Assembly: GCA_024704765.1 (NCBI GenBank) | Contig: JAKMXF010000305.1 | Location: 408,778-472,777, forward strand | Direction: 5' to 3' | Source: Oopsacas minuta | Lineage: Eukaryota > Animalia > Porifera | Length of the DNA: 64,000 nt | In this document: positions 50,841 to 64,000 of the stretch, in pieces | How the letters are laid out: the number at the start of each line of letters is the position of its first letter | How positions within the stretch are numbered: the stretch's first letter is position 1 | Notes under the pieces: generated by a model | What the model was told of the DNA's origin: nothing | Seen by the model: the letters and a program-made list of their open reading frames with translations, nothing else | The model's database searches: none | Translations under genes and position numbers: made by a program

Positions 50841-52318
50841 TATACAAATATACATGTATTAAAGAATTTAATGTTCCAAATTACAATCTCTACCATACTT
50901 GTCAACAGGGGAGAGATTATATCCGTACTAGAAATAATTCAGATTCATGGTGGGACACTTCATTATGAATAGGCAAAATTCTAGTAATACTGGAGGCGGA
51001 AATCTAAGAATAATAAATCTCAAATTGTGACTGTTTGTCAGTTGTCAATTAAAGATTTAAAGTAGCATGAATTCTAATTAGAAATTTAAATTAACAATTC
51101 CGAGATGTCGTAGAATTCTGGCTAGCCTAGAACTGAAAATATTAGAGGCTTTAGATTGTTCTGAGTAAATGTGTTAAAATAAGTGTAAAAAGTTGGTCGG
51201 GGATGATGTTTTGAGTTAAGAATATTCGAACCTCGTTTGGCCATCATGGACTCCTGAAGAGGATCTCATAAGATTTTAATGACACCAGAGGCGCTATAAA
51301 TGTTTACCCCACCCTCGAATATAGCTATGTATTAAACGTGTTAATCAAGCCAGAAATAGAATTCTAGAAAACTTAACATGTCGAATGTGCTGAATCAGAA
51401 TTTCACACAATGAATCAATAACACTTGTTGGCACAGTGGGAAAGCCAGGGCAAAATGAAATGCCAAATTCTAATTTGTGTGAAGAATCATCGTAATCTAA
51501 TTATCAGAGCTTTACCATATTGTATAGTAATCCGAAAATCTAAAACACAATAAATCTCCTAAGTATTCCTATTGACTACAACTGGAATACATTTCATCTT
51601 CATATTGATAATTATCAACATATTTACATATAATATGGAGGGAATATGTAGTGATCGGACATAATTTGGATCACCATCACGGGCAAAAACTGGCTCAGTC
51701 GTGGTCACATATTCAAGTAGTTTGGATGTTAGATATACATGTTAGAGTAAAATGTAATAAATTCTAGACCCAAAAGACCCCCGAGGACTTGTTTTCGATC
51801 TGACAAAGTCCTTATAGATTTCCCATAAATTTATACTGTATAATTTACTTGTATATTAATCCTAATTTTGGGATTACGATTCTTTCAAAACTAATTGAGT
51901 AAGAATGATGCCATATCCTTGTTTCTAATTTCTTCATACTGATCCTTGTATTCAAAAGTAGAAGATAAAGACTAAAGATTTAGTTTTAAGAATGATCACG
52001 TTTTACCAAATAAAGAAAAATTCCGCTGCATCCCACTCCGCTAAGTATCGATTGGAAAAGATAGTTAGTGAATAAGTATAGTGTTACATATAACCTTTCA
52101 TGATTAACTACAATATATTAATGTGAGAAATTCTTCCGGTAAACTAAATTAAAAAAATTCCATCCTTTTTGTAAGCCATATTTAAACTGATAGGTTAATA
52201 AAATTAAGAAAGTTTCTAACAATAAATATAGTATTTACGAATTTACCCCAAATCATGAAAATTGTGTTAATTACTAATCGCATGCTCGTATACAATTTAA
52301 TTATCTATTTTTCTTTTA

Positions 52319-53243
52319 CATACTCTAAGTGGACAAAAGTATTTCAAAACACAAATATATTGTCATAAATTGTATACTCTTTCCCGCTCCTATATATTGT
52401 GTAGTCTATATTCGTAGCTGCTATGTAGTAATTTGTATAGAATAACATATGTTTTTCAAGAATTTCAAAAGAATATTTTCGATTTACACTTTTTGAAGGT
52501 GTTAATTATTAATAATTATTAGATAATTATTGATAATCAAAATATGTGGTAATTCAAAGCCTATTAAGAATCTATAATTTCTGACTTGATATTTGAATTC
52601 TACGTAGGCGAGTTACCCCAGATTGAAATTTCCAATCGGATTGAACAATTTTTACTAAAGTTATAGTAGAATTTCAATTTGTCCTACTTGTGCCACTTTT
52701 TTCAAAAAGTGGCATAGGTGGCAGGAAAAAGCGCCACTACAAGGAAAGCAACTAGGGCTAGGAGGAATAAGTCGAAGTAATATTTTCGAATGATATGACT
52801 ATGCTAACCCTTGAATTCCATAATAACCTCTTGGTAGCGGCCACTTGTGCCACCTTGGGCAAAAGGTGGCACAAATGGCACAAATTGAAATTCATCTATA
52901 ACTCTGGTAAAAATTGTTCAATCCGATTGGAAATTTCAATCTGGGGTAACTCGCCTACGTAGAATTCAAATATCAAGTCAGAAATTATAGATTCTTAATA
53001 GGCTTTGAATTACCACATATTTTGATTATCAATAATTATCTAATAATTATTAATAATTAACACCTTCAAAAAGTGTAAATCGAAAATATTCTTTTGAAAT
53101 TCTTGAAAAACATATGTTATTCTATACAAATTACTACATAGCAGCTACGAATATAGACTACACAATATATAGGAGCGGGAAAGAGTATACAATTTATGAC
53201 AATATATTTGTGTTTTGAAATACTTTTGTCCACTTAGAGTATG
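52319..53243. mobile_element. Foldback-like non-autonomous element: 337-bp inverted arms around a 251-bp spacer
   Basis: 52319-52655 is the reverse complement of 52907-53243 with no mismatch noticed. TA flanks both ends; no coding capacity. Confidence 0.8.
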
Positions 53244-55543
53244 TATAAAATCACTTAATAATTAATTAATTGCTATAATAAATCGAGATATATTTCCCAG
53301 AAAAAATTAGATACAAAATGTACAATACTCATAAAATAGCCTTGAGAGATAAAAGAAATCAAATATCTATGACCTTGCAGTTGTTAGGAGAAGTGGCTAG
53401 ACAATTTCACTCGAAGGAGTCAGGTTAAAGGACTTTACAGTCGAAATTATAAGTAGAGAATGAGGAGATATCAAAAGAATTGCTAAAATATTCGAAAGTG
53501 TTCGTTAGGGGCCATAAAATGTTACTTAACGCTAGAAGGGGATGGGATGCTATGTGAAGTGTGACAGCCCAGTTCATTATGTATTACAAAACGAAGAGAT
53601 ACATAACACAGGGAGGAGAGAAGCCCAAAATTAGGGAAATTTTCGTTTCTCAACCTTTGTCCAAGTATAATAAACTAAATAGTACTCATATGCGTATAAT
53701 AAATATTCAATAAAATCGTAAGACAAAAACAAAATATAATTGAGCGGATAAATGCTTATACACACATTTTAGCATATTATGTTCGATAATTTGCTCTTCT
53801 ACAATTATGCAATAAACTTATTCGGGGAAAAGGCATAAATTTTGAAATATAAAAGTCATCAGGTTCATTGCTCGGACGGAGCACATATATTTGGTTCATT
53901 TCTCTGAACCAGTGCCATGGCCATATAACACTTATGTCACGAGAATTCTTTTGTAGTATCTAGTAGCTAGATGCCTATTTCCCTTAAAGTGCGGTTGCTC
54001 ACCCACTGTACGACCTACAACAATTTGTTGCCTCAACAAAGAATATTTATCGAGGGGAAATCGAATATCCTGAGTCCAAAATTAGGCCTTTTAGGTGAAA
54101 TTATCCCCACATAAATTTAACGCATTCTAGATTCAATATTTGAAGGCTTCCAATTCTGATATTGTGATAATTATGATACTTTAAACTTGGTATATAAGCA
54201 CTTTGTAGATTTTATAGATTTTCAGCCAAATAGTACCCCACTTAAATTAACGAAATTCTACAATTTCAAAATTGTAGAATTTCGTCTATCCTAAGAAAAC
54301 GAAATAATTTATGTGTATGTGTGTATTGTAATTATATATACATAAAAATGTATATATATATGTTTTTATGTCCAGAATTGATTGAAGAAACTAGAAGATA
54401 GCCAGAGCTGATTTGTGGCACACAGGGGTATTTTGGCCAGGCTCAAGTTTGAGTCTTGTACGAAAATTCACACCAATGACGAAATTATGACGTAATTGTT
54501 ACCTTTTTGGAATTTTTATCACAAGTACCCCTCAATTTGACCAATATCATGACATCATGATTCTGACCAAAGTTAACTCTGCATGAGATTACTACGTCAT
54601 CATGACTGTTTCTAGCGGTAGGTATATTATCGAGACAATATTATACTGAACGAATTTGCTCAGCCCAAGATTACGTAAATGCAAAACATATTGTGTTCCG
54701 TATTGATACGATTAGAAATAGTAATGTTACACTTCAGATATGTATTAAGATTCTTTGAATGATATATTGAATCTGGATACAATGGGAGAAACAAATGAAA
54801 CACCACAACAACAGTCAATCTATATAAATATCGACTCTAAACTACTTCAGTTGAATCCGCGAATGCTATAAGCCCTTGTCAATAACATTTACTTAACCCC
54901 ACTTCATGAGAAACTCGCTAACATAGCTGCATCTTGAATACCATTGAATTTACTATATTCGACCATCCACCCAACGAAATAAATTTACACAGAATATCGT
55001 CCCACTCATCTTACTTAAATACAGGAAGACAAACGAAGATCTTGACTATCCAACTGCTGTTCTATTACCAGTAATGATTGAGTTAATATTCCGACCTATA
55101 CAAAATACATCAGAACTTATTCCATAACCTGAATGGGGAGGAGAGTACAACAACATCATACAATCTAACACCTGTTCTATCGACAATATATTGGCCATTG
55201 TTAGTTCGCACAAAGCAACAATCATAGACTTAATCAAGTTAATCGGAAGTATGCATATTGAAGCTGAATTCCACTACATAGTCGAATTGGGCGTATATTG
55301 TGAATTAGAGAAACTTCGAGAATATGTTGCTAATAATTGGGCCAAAAGTTCTGCATGACTACATAGTACTGTTACGGTCTTACGATTTCTTTGGATCAGA
55401 GGGTAACATGATCAAATATTTTGAACAAAATAACAATGTAACGACAGTACAACCTCCTCATGCTTGAATTACTGCTTTACATCTTTGCGGCATACTCTCA
55501 ATTAGGGTATGGAGCCTGTTAATGATTATGCTATCCCAAGTGT

Positions 55544-56221
55544 TTAATATGGCATGCCACAACTCTGAATGGTTGGATGGGCTTTTCCTTTGAATTCTAA
55601 GGGAAATGTGATCCAAAGATTCTCAATCGGATTTAGATCAGGTGATTGAGCAGGCCAATTCTTAACCTCTATTTGTTGCCCATCAAACCATTCCTCAGTA
55701 GCCTTTGACCTATGGCATGGGGCGTTGTCCATCTCCGCCAAAATTGAATGTTTTTTGAAGACACATCTGAGAATACTCCCCTTTCATCCTCCTAACGTTG
55801 GCTCTCCAGTCATTAGTATACAGAAGGAGCCTAGATTCGTCAGTGAACATAACTCTTGCCCAGTCTTCAGTAGTCAATCCTTGTGTGATCTTGCGAAGGG
55901 TAGTCGGTTTCTTTTGTGTTTGGTAGTAAGGCGGGGCTAACTTCGCGGTTTCCGTCCGAACAACAGCCCCTCGTACCCTTCTCTGAACTTTTGATGTGGT
56001 AAGTTTTATCGAATATTCTGATAACACTTAAGCTTTGATCTGAGTACCAGTCTTAAATCGATCCTATTTGCTTTTCTGTCAAATAAATTGTCTTGCCTTT
56101 TGGTTGTGACACGAGGCCTATCCTGAATAGAGAGACCTCTTATCGAGCCAGTCAGCCTGTGTTTCTTCAGGATCTCGGTCACACTTTTTTGGCCACGCCC
56201 AACCATTTTAGCTACCTCCAT
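55544..56221 (-). pseudogene. Tc1-type (DD34E) transposase relic
   Basis: [35 protein letters not shown], and an N-terminal HTH remnant. TIRs not resolved. Confidence 0.8.
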
Positions 56222-57080
56222 TGAGTATGGCCACTTTCCGAAAGCAGTATTAGGTTGGCCCGATTTTCAATGAAAATTCCGCGTTTCGAAGGCATTGAAA
56301 TTCGATTAAAACGGATCTATTGATAAGAGTTAGCAGATCAAATGTATTATCAGGATATAGGTAGTAGGGTAGGTACTAAATATTGCCAATGCTGATTTAA
56401 CATTACTTTCACCATTATCGAGTCATAATTGAATATTCATATTAGTGTGTGATCCATATATCTACTGCGACTCAAGACAGAGCCAAATTTTGTATAATAA
56501 AATTTGATATTTTAGATAAAACAATATAAATAATTCCATATATTCATATTGAAAAGAAAGATGGAGTATAGATCGTTTTACAAAGTATCAAAGAATGGCA
56601 TATTTTACAAAACATGCTTACTAGACACATATTTTCTATAAATATACAAACATCTCTTCGGGGAAAACTCCGCCCTTTCTGCAATTTAGAAACTACTAAT
56701 TAATTGTGTAACCGGTTACGATGGTATAACAGTGGAAGGAGAATAAACCTAAGAATATTTAGAAATGTCTACAGTACATATACACATAAACAACAAATAT
56801 CTACAATATGTTATTGATATAATCATATTCGGAAATAGTGCATGTACACTATTATTCAATAACAGTGGCTCTGAAATTTTTCAAAGAAATTCTTAACGGT
56901 TCCCTACATTGACATATATCATCTTCGGACCCTCAACACAATGAGAGGTCAACATTTCCCCTTATCAATTAGTTCATGGTATTTTGTTTCAAAATTGGGC
57001 TTCAGCCTACACGGCAACAGTGGGTGGTAACACAATCTTCGAGAGAGGCTACACAATGCCGTTTCTACAGACCATACGTA

Positions 57081-58385
57081 CAAGGTGCACTCGAAAAGTT
57101 TTGCCGTTTGATATGAAACCATTAATCTGTCGGATATTTTTCCGCATCCATCTTTTCAGACATATTTTATTACTCTACTTTGAAACTTTCATTAATTTTA
57201 TCTCTTCTACTTTCATAAATTAGATAATTTTAGTATGCATGGCTTCTAAAATATCTCAATCTAAATCAGATCTCACAAAACGTGATCTTCGAGCAATGAT
57301 TTGATTTTATTCAAACGACAGAAGACAAGAGTAGAAATCTATGGATCTTTACAGGAACATTTCCCGGATCTAGCTCCTTCTCTAAGTACAGTTGAACGAT
57401 GGTACAGGGAATTTATTCACGGAAACTTTGTTCTTAAGATGCCCCTCGTTTAGGAAGACCGAATATTTCACATAATGAAGTAAATGTTAACGAAATGCTA
57501 GATCTAATTACTAAGATCCTCATATTACGTACGCTCAGTTAGAGTATGAAACCGAGTTATCATCGGAGATAATCAACATTATTTTGCACAAAGAGCTTCG
57601 TGTCAGGAAGTTGTGTGCCCGATTGATCTCCATTCTTTGAACTTACAGCAAAATATATCCCGCATAGACTTTTGCAAAATTATGCTCACAAGGTTTGCTA
57701 ATGGAAGTTCAAGAGCTGTTTCTGAGATCCTTACAGGTGATGAGACATGGATATACTATTATGATCCAGAAACAAAGCGAATATCAAAGGAGTTGATTGA
57801 AGAAGATGTCCCACCTCCAACCAAAGTGCGGAGGGCTAAATCTGTTGGGAAACAAATGTGGGCGATTTTTTTCAGATCTAGTGGGTTTGTCGAAGCTGTT
57901 GCTCTCGAGGATAGAAAGCCTGTTACTGCCGACTGGTACACTACAGTGTGCCTACCCAAAGTCATCACAGTAATTTAGTCACAGCGGGACAAAACAGGCA
58001 TTAGAGGAATTCTTCTTCATCATGATAATGCATCATCGCATACGGCAATCAGAACCCGTGAGTTTTGGGAAAATTCTGGACTCAAAACATTAGCTCACCG
58101 GCCCCACAATCCTGATTTAGCCCCTTGCGACTTGAGGTTGTTCCCTAGACTCAAAGATCAATTACGTGGGAGGAGATTTTCGGCTAATGAGGAGTTAAGA
58201 GGGGTACTTTTCCAAGCGATCGGAGACATACCCAAAGAAGAGTGGAAAAATGTTTTGATAATTGGTATACCAGAATGAAAAAGTGTATAGATTGTCAGGG
58301 AGAGTATTTTGAAAAATGTAATAGTCCATTGTATTATTATTATCTGATATGTCGGTCAACGTCAAAACTTTTTGAGTGCCCTTCG
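57081..58385 (+). mobile_element. Second mariner element (different family), decayed transposase about 57237-58323
   Basis: Imperfect TIR CAAGGTGCACTCGAAAAGTTTTG / reverse complement CGAAGGGCACTCAAAAAGTTTTG, TA flanks, and motifs ILTGDETWIYYYDPETK, LHHDNASSH, PDLAPCD. Confidence 0.88.
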
Positions 58386-60649
58386 TATATATAAATTACT
58401 GCAAATGCAATAGGATGTGCCATGTTTCAAATTATCCGACATGACATAGCTAAAGTTAACCGGTTATAGCCGATTTGTTACGTTTGTAGCAAGAGGAACA
58501 CATGAATTTTACTACGTCGTTTTAACAAATCGGGCACTCAAATCGAGATCTCAAAACCTTATGACGCATAATATCACAAATTTTCCTCCTCCGTATTCGG
58601 TTAATGGAGAAAGCACAGACGAAATCCCGGCTATGTTTTTCCAAAGAAATATAAAATGAAATCCGTCAAAGGCAGATTTTTCCCAGAAACTGGTGAATCG
58701 GGGCAATTTTTGTTGATTTAGGATGGAAATTTGCCAAAATGTAATTTTCATTGCGTGTAAGTTTTTAGAAATTTATTACTGAAATTTGTCACTGAAACTG
58801 TGCTCAATTGATAGAATGATTTTCAAAAAAAATGTATTTACCAGTTTTTGACAGTAGAAAACAGTCTGTATATAATTTGAATTTATTTCATCATTTTGGC
58901 ACCCAACTAGGATTTTATGTCAAAAATTGAATAATTGCTATAAATTTTAGTTTCTAAATTGCAAAATGGGTGAATTTATAGAATTTTTGACAAACAGGGT
59001 TTTTTGAATCAATTAGCTAGAATAAGAAGATATTTATACATGGGTATGGGAAGTCGGGTAAATAGAATAAATTGACTTTCGAGCTATTCTGATTTTGCCA
59101 TAATTTTAAAGATTCTCGAGTTATAATTGAATAATCATAAATTCGTCATCCATGATTCATACCCTACTCAACAATGAGCCAATTGTAGAATACAAAATCA
59201 ATTTCTTTATCATTTTTGTACAAAATGTCCTAGTAAATTTAATACATGTATTCAAGAAAAAATGCATTTTTGTGCGAATTTTGGGCCTGGATCCTACAAG
59301 TTCGAGTCTTGGACCAATATTCACACTTATGACGAAATTATGAGGTCCTTGTCACCTCTTTGGAATTTCGAAAAATCACATTGCTCAGCTAATATATATA
59401 ATAGATGTTTGAAAGTTGGGAATAAGTCGAGTTGTAAAACATACTAGAGTACATACGAAGTGGTGCAACAAATACATCGAATGTGCCATTTCTGCCAATT
59501 GTGGCATAACAATGAAAATGTTAATAAGTCAACACCATTTATTCCAAACAATTCGAAAGATTCATACTGGGGAAATATACACCCGTAGAATTCGAAATAT
59601 GCACCGATGCTAGTACGCGATAAAACATTCACGATTTATAGCGTGCTCGCATCGGCTTCACTCTCACAGTAATCAAATAATTCCGGTTCTTCTTCTGATT
59701 CCCTCTTCGCTTCTTCGACTACATCCTTACTCTTTTCTACTATTCTTGCTTGTATTGTCTCTATTCTACTCATCATTTAGGTTAATCCAGGGTCTATCAC
59801 TCCAATCCAAGATAAACATCGCGAACAAGGTAATTTATTAAACTGTGATAAGTTAAACAACTAAAATATAGTCAAAACTTTTTTGTCAAATTCCAGGATT
59901 GGCAAGGAACATCCGAATCATGATAAACTTAATGGTCTCCACATTTCAGTCCTTTGATACTTTGGCTCGAGAGAGCTGTCTGTCAGCGCCAATATGTCTA
60001 CTTCATTATGGGGAACAATTAGCAAGAAGGTCTACTCTTGTAATAAGCCTGTCAAGAGACATTTATTATTTTTGAAGTGGAAAACGTTTAGAACATTGTG
60101 AGAAAATCCCTGGTCAGAAATCCTCATTCCAACGTACAGTAAGTCCCCCTTGTTCAGAGGAACAGTCCTAAGTGAGTTTTAGTCTTACAAAGCTAGGTAT
60201 TCCCATGAGAAATCATTAATTACGTCTACTCTCATTAAAGATGTATATAAAGTGTAGCTGAGTGTTCAGTTTCAGTTCCTCATTAGGTAACCTAGCTTGT
60301 TTGGATCATGAATTAGATTAACGAGACGACATGCTTCATCTTGTGTGGGCATCTTCACCTCCGATTTAGGTGAGTATAACCAATTGAGAGAGATTTCGAT
60401 ATCGAACTCTTAGGCCACTAAGTGGAGGTCATAATGTGTATTACCTGTTGAATACATCTGAATCTTAGTTGTGGGTAGATGGCGCTAAGTTTTAGGGTTT
60501 GTCTTTGTCTCAAATGTTTCTGGATTTTTGCAATTCGTTGAAACTGTCCACATTAATGAGTGTAGTACACTATTAGCTTTGTAGTTGTATCAAGCACAAC
60601 CCGAACATGGCCATTGTTTAGTATATCAAATGTCTGGTAAGAAAAATGT

Positions 60650-63165
60650 GTGTCTGAGGGAGAATTCGTAACTGATTTCATTGGTTGAGTATTCGAACAA
60701 AAAGAATTTGACACTAATGGTATTAATGCCTTAGAAGTTAAATATGGTGAATATCGTGATCGAATTCAATGTTTAGTTAATGAGCTCCTTACTCAGACCC
60801 ACAAAAAATATTTCTAATGTTGAAACTGAGGCAATCACCAACCACATGTTAGAAATAGGTTCTGAGGTTGATATTGAAACCAATATAAGTTACGAAACTG
60901 GAGAGTTTCATCTCTTATGGGGTCAATGGGAGTATTTGTACTACAGATTATAACGGTATCGTGTCTTTTATGAGTAATTGGACAAATCTTTATGCTGATA
61001 AATACCATGAGATAAACAAAATGTGTGTTTTAAAGTTAAATTATTATCATTTTAATAATTCTAATAGTCGTAAGGTAAATTGTCCATTCTTTCGAGCTAG
61101 GGTCGAGTGTAAACTTGATAGTTGTACAACTTATGTATTTATATAGAGTATGAAATAGGTTTGTTAAATAATGGGATAGTAGTTAAGTTTTCTCATAAGT
61201 TACCCTATCATCCCAGCATACAGAAGGTACAATTGCTCATAGTCGCCATTTATCTAGTAGTAAACGCAATGAAATGGCAGGTTTATTAGACCATAATTCT
61301 GTGAGAAAATTCATTTTGAGAAGAAACTAACACCAGTGATCTTACATGTTTTTGGTTTTATGTTAACGAGCACAAATTTTCGTGAAGTTGATAATCTATT
61401 TGAATTCTTATGCTTCATTGTATATTTTGAGATACGAGCCAATTTTTACAAAAGCAAATTAACAGAATTAGAAGAGTGTGTTATAGGAGAATATATATTG
61501 GTAATGACATTCCAGAAGAGCTTGAAGATGATTCAACAGTAATGAAAATGCAGTTACGCATAGAAAAGTCCCCTTTGGCAAACATTAGGAGCAATTATAT
61601 TTAAAGTGTAAACTCAATTAAGGATATAGAGAACATAAAAAATGTTAATAATCCACATTTCCCTAGGATTATTGAATTTTTGTTAACTAATTACATGCCA
61701 TTGCTACCCTTGTGGAAATGAATGATTTGTTTATTGTATGTGGTGACAAAGACATTACTGTAAAAAATTGGTTAAGGGTAAAAGATAGTATTAAAATTAC
61801 GAAACTTGGTTAAAGATCGCAGATTTAATTAGATCGATATACATTAATATAGATGAGAGAATTGATGTATTTAAATTTGCTTTTACAACATTAGCAAGCA
61901 AAATATTTAACAAAAAAAAGAATAAATGTTGTGGAAGAGAGGAAGATTGTAAGAGGAGTGGTTTAAAAGGAATGAAAGTAAACAAAGTGGGGCTATGAAT
62001 CTGAGGGCACCATGAAAGGTTAGTTTTAATCTCATTACACATAGTGCCACTTTGTAAACAAAATAACTTAATAGACTAAGTGTGGCACAGGTTGTAATTT
62101 TAGATTTTTCCTCGCTCCGCTCGGATTTCAAATCCATTTAACTATATAATTACAATTACTATGATTATCCAGCCCATACAATGTACAAATTTTTGTAATA
62201 ATTATCAGTTGACTAAATAATATTAATAGATGGGAATCCTGGAGAAGATTTGATCGGTACAAATTCAAGAGTGTCAAATTCGGAATCAGCGAATTGAAAT
62301 ACCCCCTTTTGCTGTTTGGAACAATCTTCTACCATTATTCAAAGGTTACATAATCGGGGAAATACATGTCTTTTATAATATCTATGGTTAATTTGAAAAA
62401 GATCTTATTCATAAATATAATAGAAACAATTGAAGCTACCATTAATGGAAGATATTCCGTTAGCAAATACAGAATTAAAAGGACAAGTCTATGTGTGAGC
62501 ATATTAAATAACAAGAGAAGTTCAAAATATTAGTTTACCAGGTAAGAAAGAGGAAATAATTACCGATTTAGATCTAGTAAAGTTGAGTGATCTAGATTAT
62601 ACACTTCCTAGATTCCAACCCTTACTTACAAGGGAAGAAAAGAAATTGTGAAAGGTTAAACTTAAATTTTATAATTCATTAGATTTGTCCAGAAATGAAA
62701 TACCACAAAATTCCAATTGACGCGAATACTATCCTTATTCAATGTCACATGTTCCTGGAGATGGTAATTGTTCATTTACTTCACTGGCATTTTGGATGAA
62801 TTGAAATACCGATAATTTCCATCAAATTCGATACCAAATTATTGATAATATGGTTGGAAAGTTGAAAGAACCTTTATCGAAAACAAATTCCACGATCCGA
62901 ATTTTCACAGAAATGTAAATGACCATACTATTAAAACGATATGCGTAAGAACACAAAATTGGGAACTGATGTGAAATATTTTGGGGTAGCTTTGTTATTA
63001 CAAACAGATGTTTGGATTTTTTGTGCAACTATGGGAAACAAATGGATGGTCTTTTTGGGTATAGGGGCTAAAGTGATTGATGCTCTAGAATTGCCTACAC
63101 CAAATCCTGAAAGCTCAATATATTTAAATCATAATGGAGTTCTGAACCCATTTAAAGGTAGATGA
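60650..63165 (+). pseudogene. Second, divergent NOF-like Mutator relic with C-terminal OTU domain (catalytic core apparently deleted)
   Basis: Collinear similarity to 35366-37959: ECKLDSC vs CKFDDC; ILHVFGFML..TNFREVDNLF vs ILYVFAAIL..ITMREINQLF; KSPFGKH vs KSPFGRH; LLTNYMP..LW vs LLTYYMP..LW; VPGDGNCSFTSL; ALLLQTDVWIF; SSIYLNHNG. Confidence 0.7.
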
Positions 63166-63427
63166 AGCTGTTTTATCTAAGACTACATTCCAGTGAGAAA
63201 ATCCCCTAATTCAATATGTATTCATATTCGGATCCTGGATACTGGAGGGGATTAAGTTTCCACATGTAACCCTAATTAGGGTCAGAATATCAGAATAGGA
63301 AAATCTATATGGTTTCACATGTTTGGTATATCATTTTAATATTCTGAACTTCATTTGATGTAATAGGGGTGCAAATTATCCCATCCATGATCCTAATTTG
63401 AGGAGGCTTTTTTCATTAATGACAAAT

Positions 63428-63475
63428 CATAGCCTACTAAATATAAGGCCTAACAGTAAAAGTACCAGGGATGCG
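63428..63475. repeat. P-element-like terminal repeat related to 24747/28519; the element may extend beyond the window
   Basis: CATAGCCTACTAAATATAAGGCC...ACCAGGGAT matches the P-element TIR found earlier in the window. Confidence 0.6.
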
Positions 63476-64000
63476 TTATTAGCTGATATTGGAGAATTCT
63501 GTTATTGTCCTAAAAATCTAATCAAAATGTTTTCTCAAGTGTTACTAATAATCCCTCGCTGGTATTAAACTAAGATATTGAAATTCTATTTGAAGTTCAT
63601 TGAAACTAATGTTATTGGACAAAAACCCAATCAACATAAATAATAAATGTAAATACATACAATTACAATAATAATATATACACTTCACAAAATCATGAGA
63701 ACTTTTTCAGTTTACGTTTTCCTATACCCCTAGAAGTTACAAGTGAATTATAGTTATAATCTTGTTGGCCAGAAAGCAATAAATAGTAGTAAAAATAAGT
63801 TTACTTAAGATATCCCATCTAGTAACATTACAGATGGGACAGTTTGATTTCCAGATATCAATACTTGCATCACCTTCTATCTATATCAATGTGAGCTCAA
63901 CTAATATTTTTCTAGCTGGACCGTGTACAAGTAGATTCGCCAAATGATCATTGTCCTCAATAGCAAATAGAATCCTCCAGAGAGTAATGACAGAGTTAAG

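Noticed and set aside
59640-60070. Possible small exons (minus-strand MMSRIETIQARIVEKSKD...; plus-strand GT-AG intron near 59829-59897)
   Set aside because: The two readings conflict, neither resembles AP2M1 or a protein I recognise, and there is no transcript evidence.
1-64000. CRISPR arrays, rRNA, tRNA or prokaryotic operons; most short ORFs in the supplied track
   Set aside because: None seen. The sequence is intron-containing eukaryotic DNA, and most listed short ORFs are antisense or alternate-frame shadows of transposon genes.

Overview
AT-rich eukaryotic (invertebrate animal-type) genomic DNA made almost entirely of nested, mostly decayed transposable elements. Only two host coding exons are recognisable: the SH3-encoding first exon of a DOCK1-5-type gene (3392-3650, minus) and the last exon of the AP-2 mu subunit gene AP2M1 (49675-50270, minus). 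Pairing termini with target-site duplications (TSDs) resolves three nests. (1) A TA-flanked MITE contains a full-length Gypsy LTR element (143-bp LTRs, CGCG TSD, no tRNA primer site but a self-complementary one), which contains a Chapaev3 transposon. (2) A ZMYM1-type hAT element contains a THAP/P element. (3) A pogo/Tigger element carrying a divergent HIRAN-like gene contains a mariner and a Transib (RAG1-core-like) transposon, and the Transib is itself interrupted by a NOF-type Mutator with 449-bp terminal inverted repeats (TIRs) and a C-terminal OTU domain. The most notable signals are the Transib ends (exact RSS heptamer CACAGTG plus a second conserved block at asymmetric spacing), the OTU-fused NOF/Mutator transposases (two divergent copies), the HIRAN passenger in a pogo element, and the apparent self-priming Gypsy. 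All family assignments come from motif recognition by eye; no database search or alignment program was run, and coordinates of decayed ORFs are approximate.
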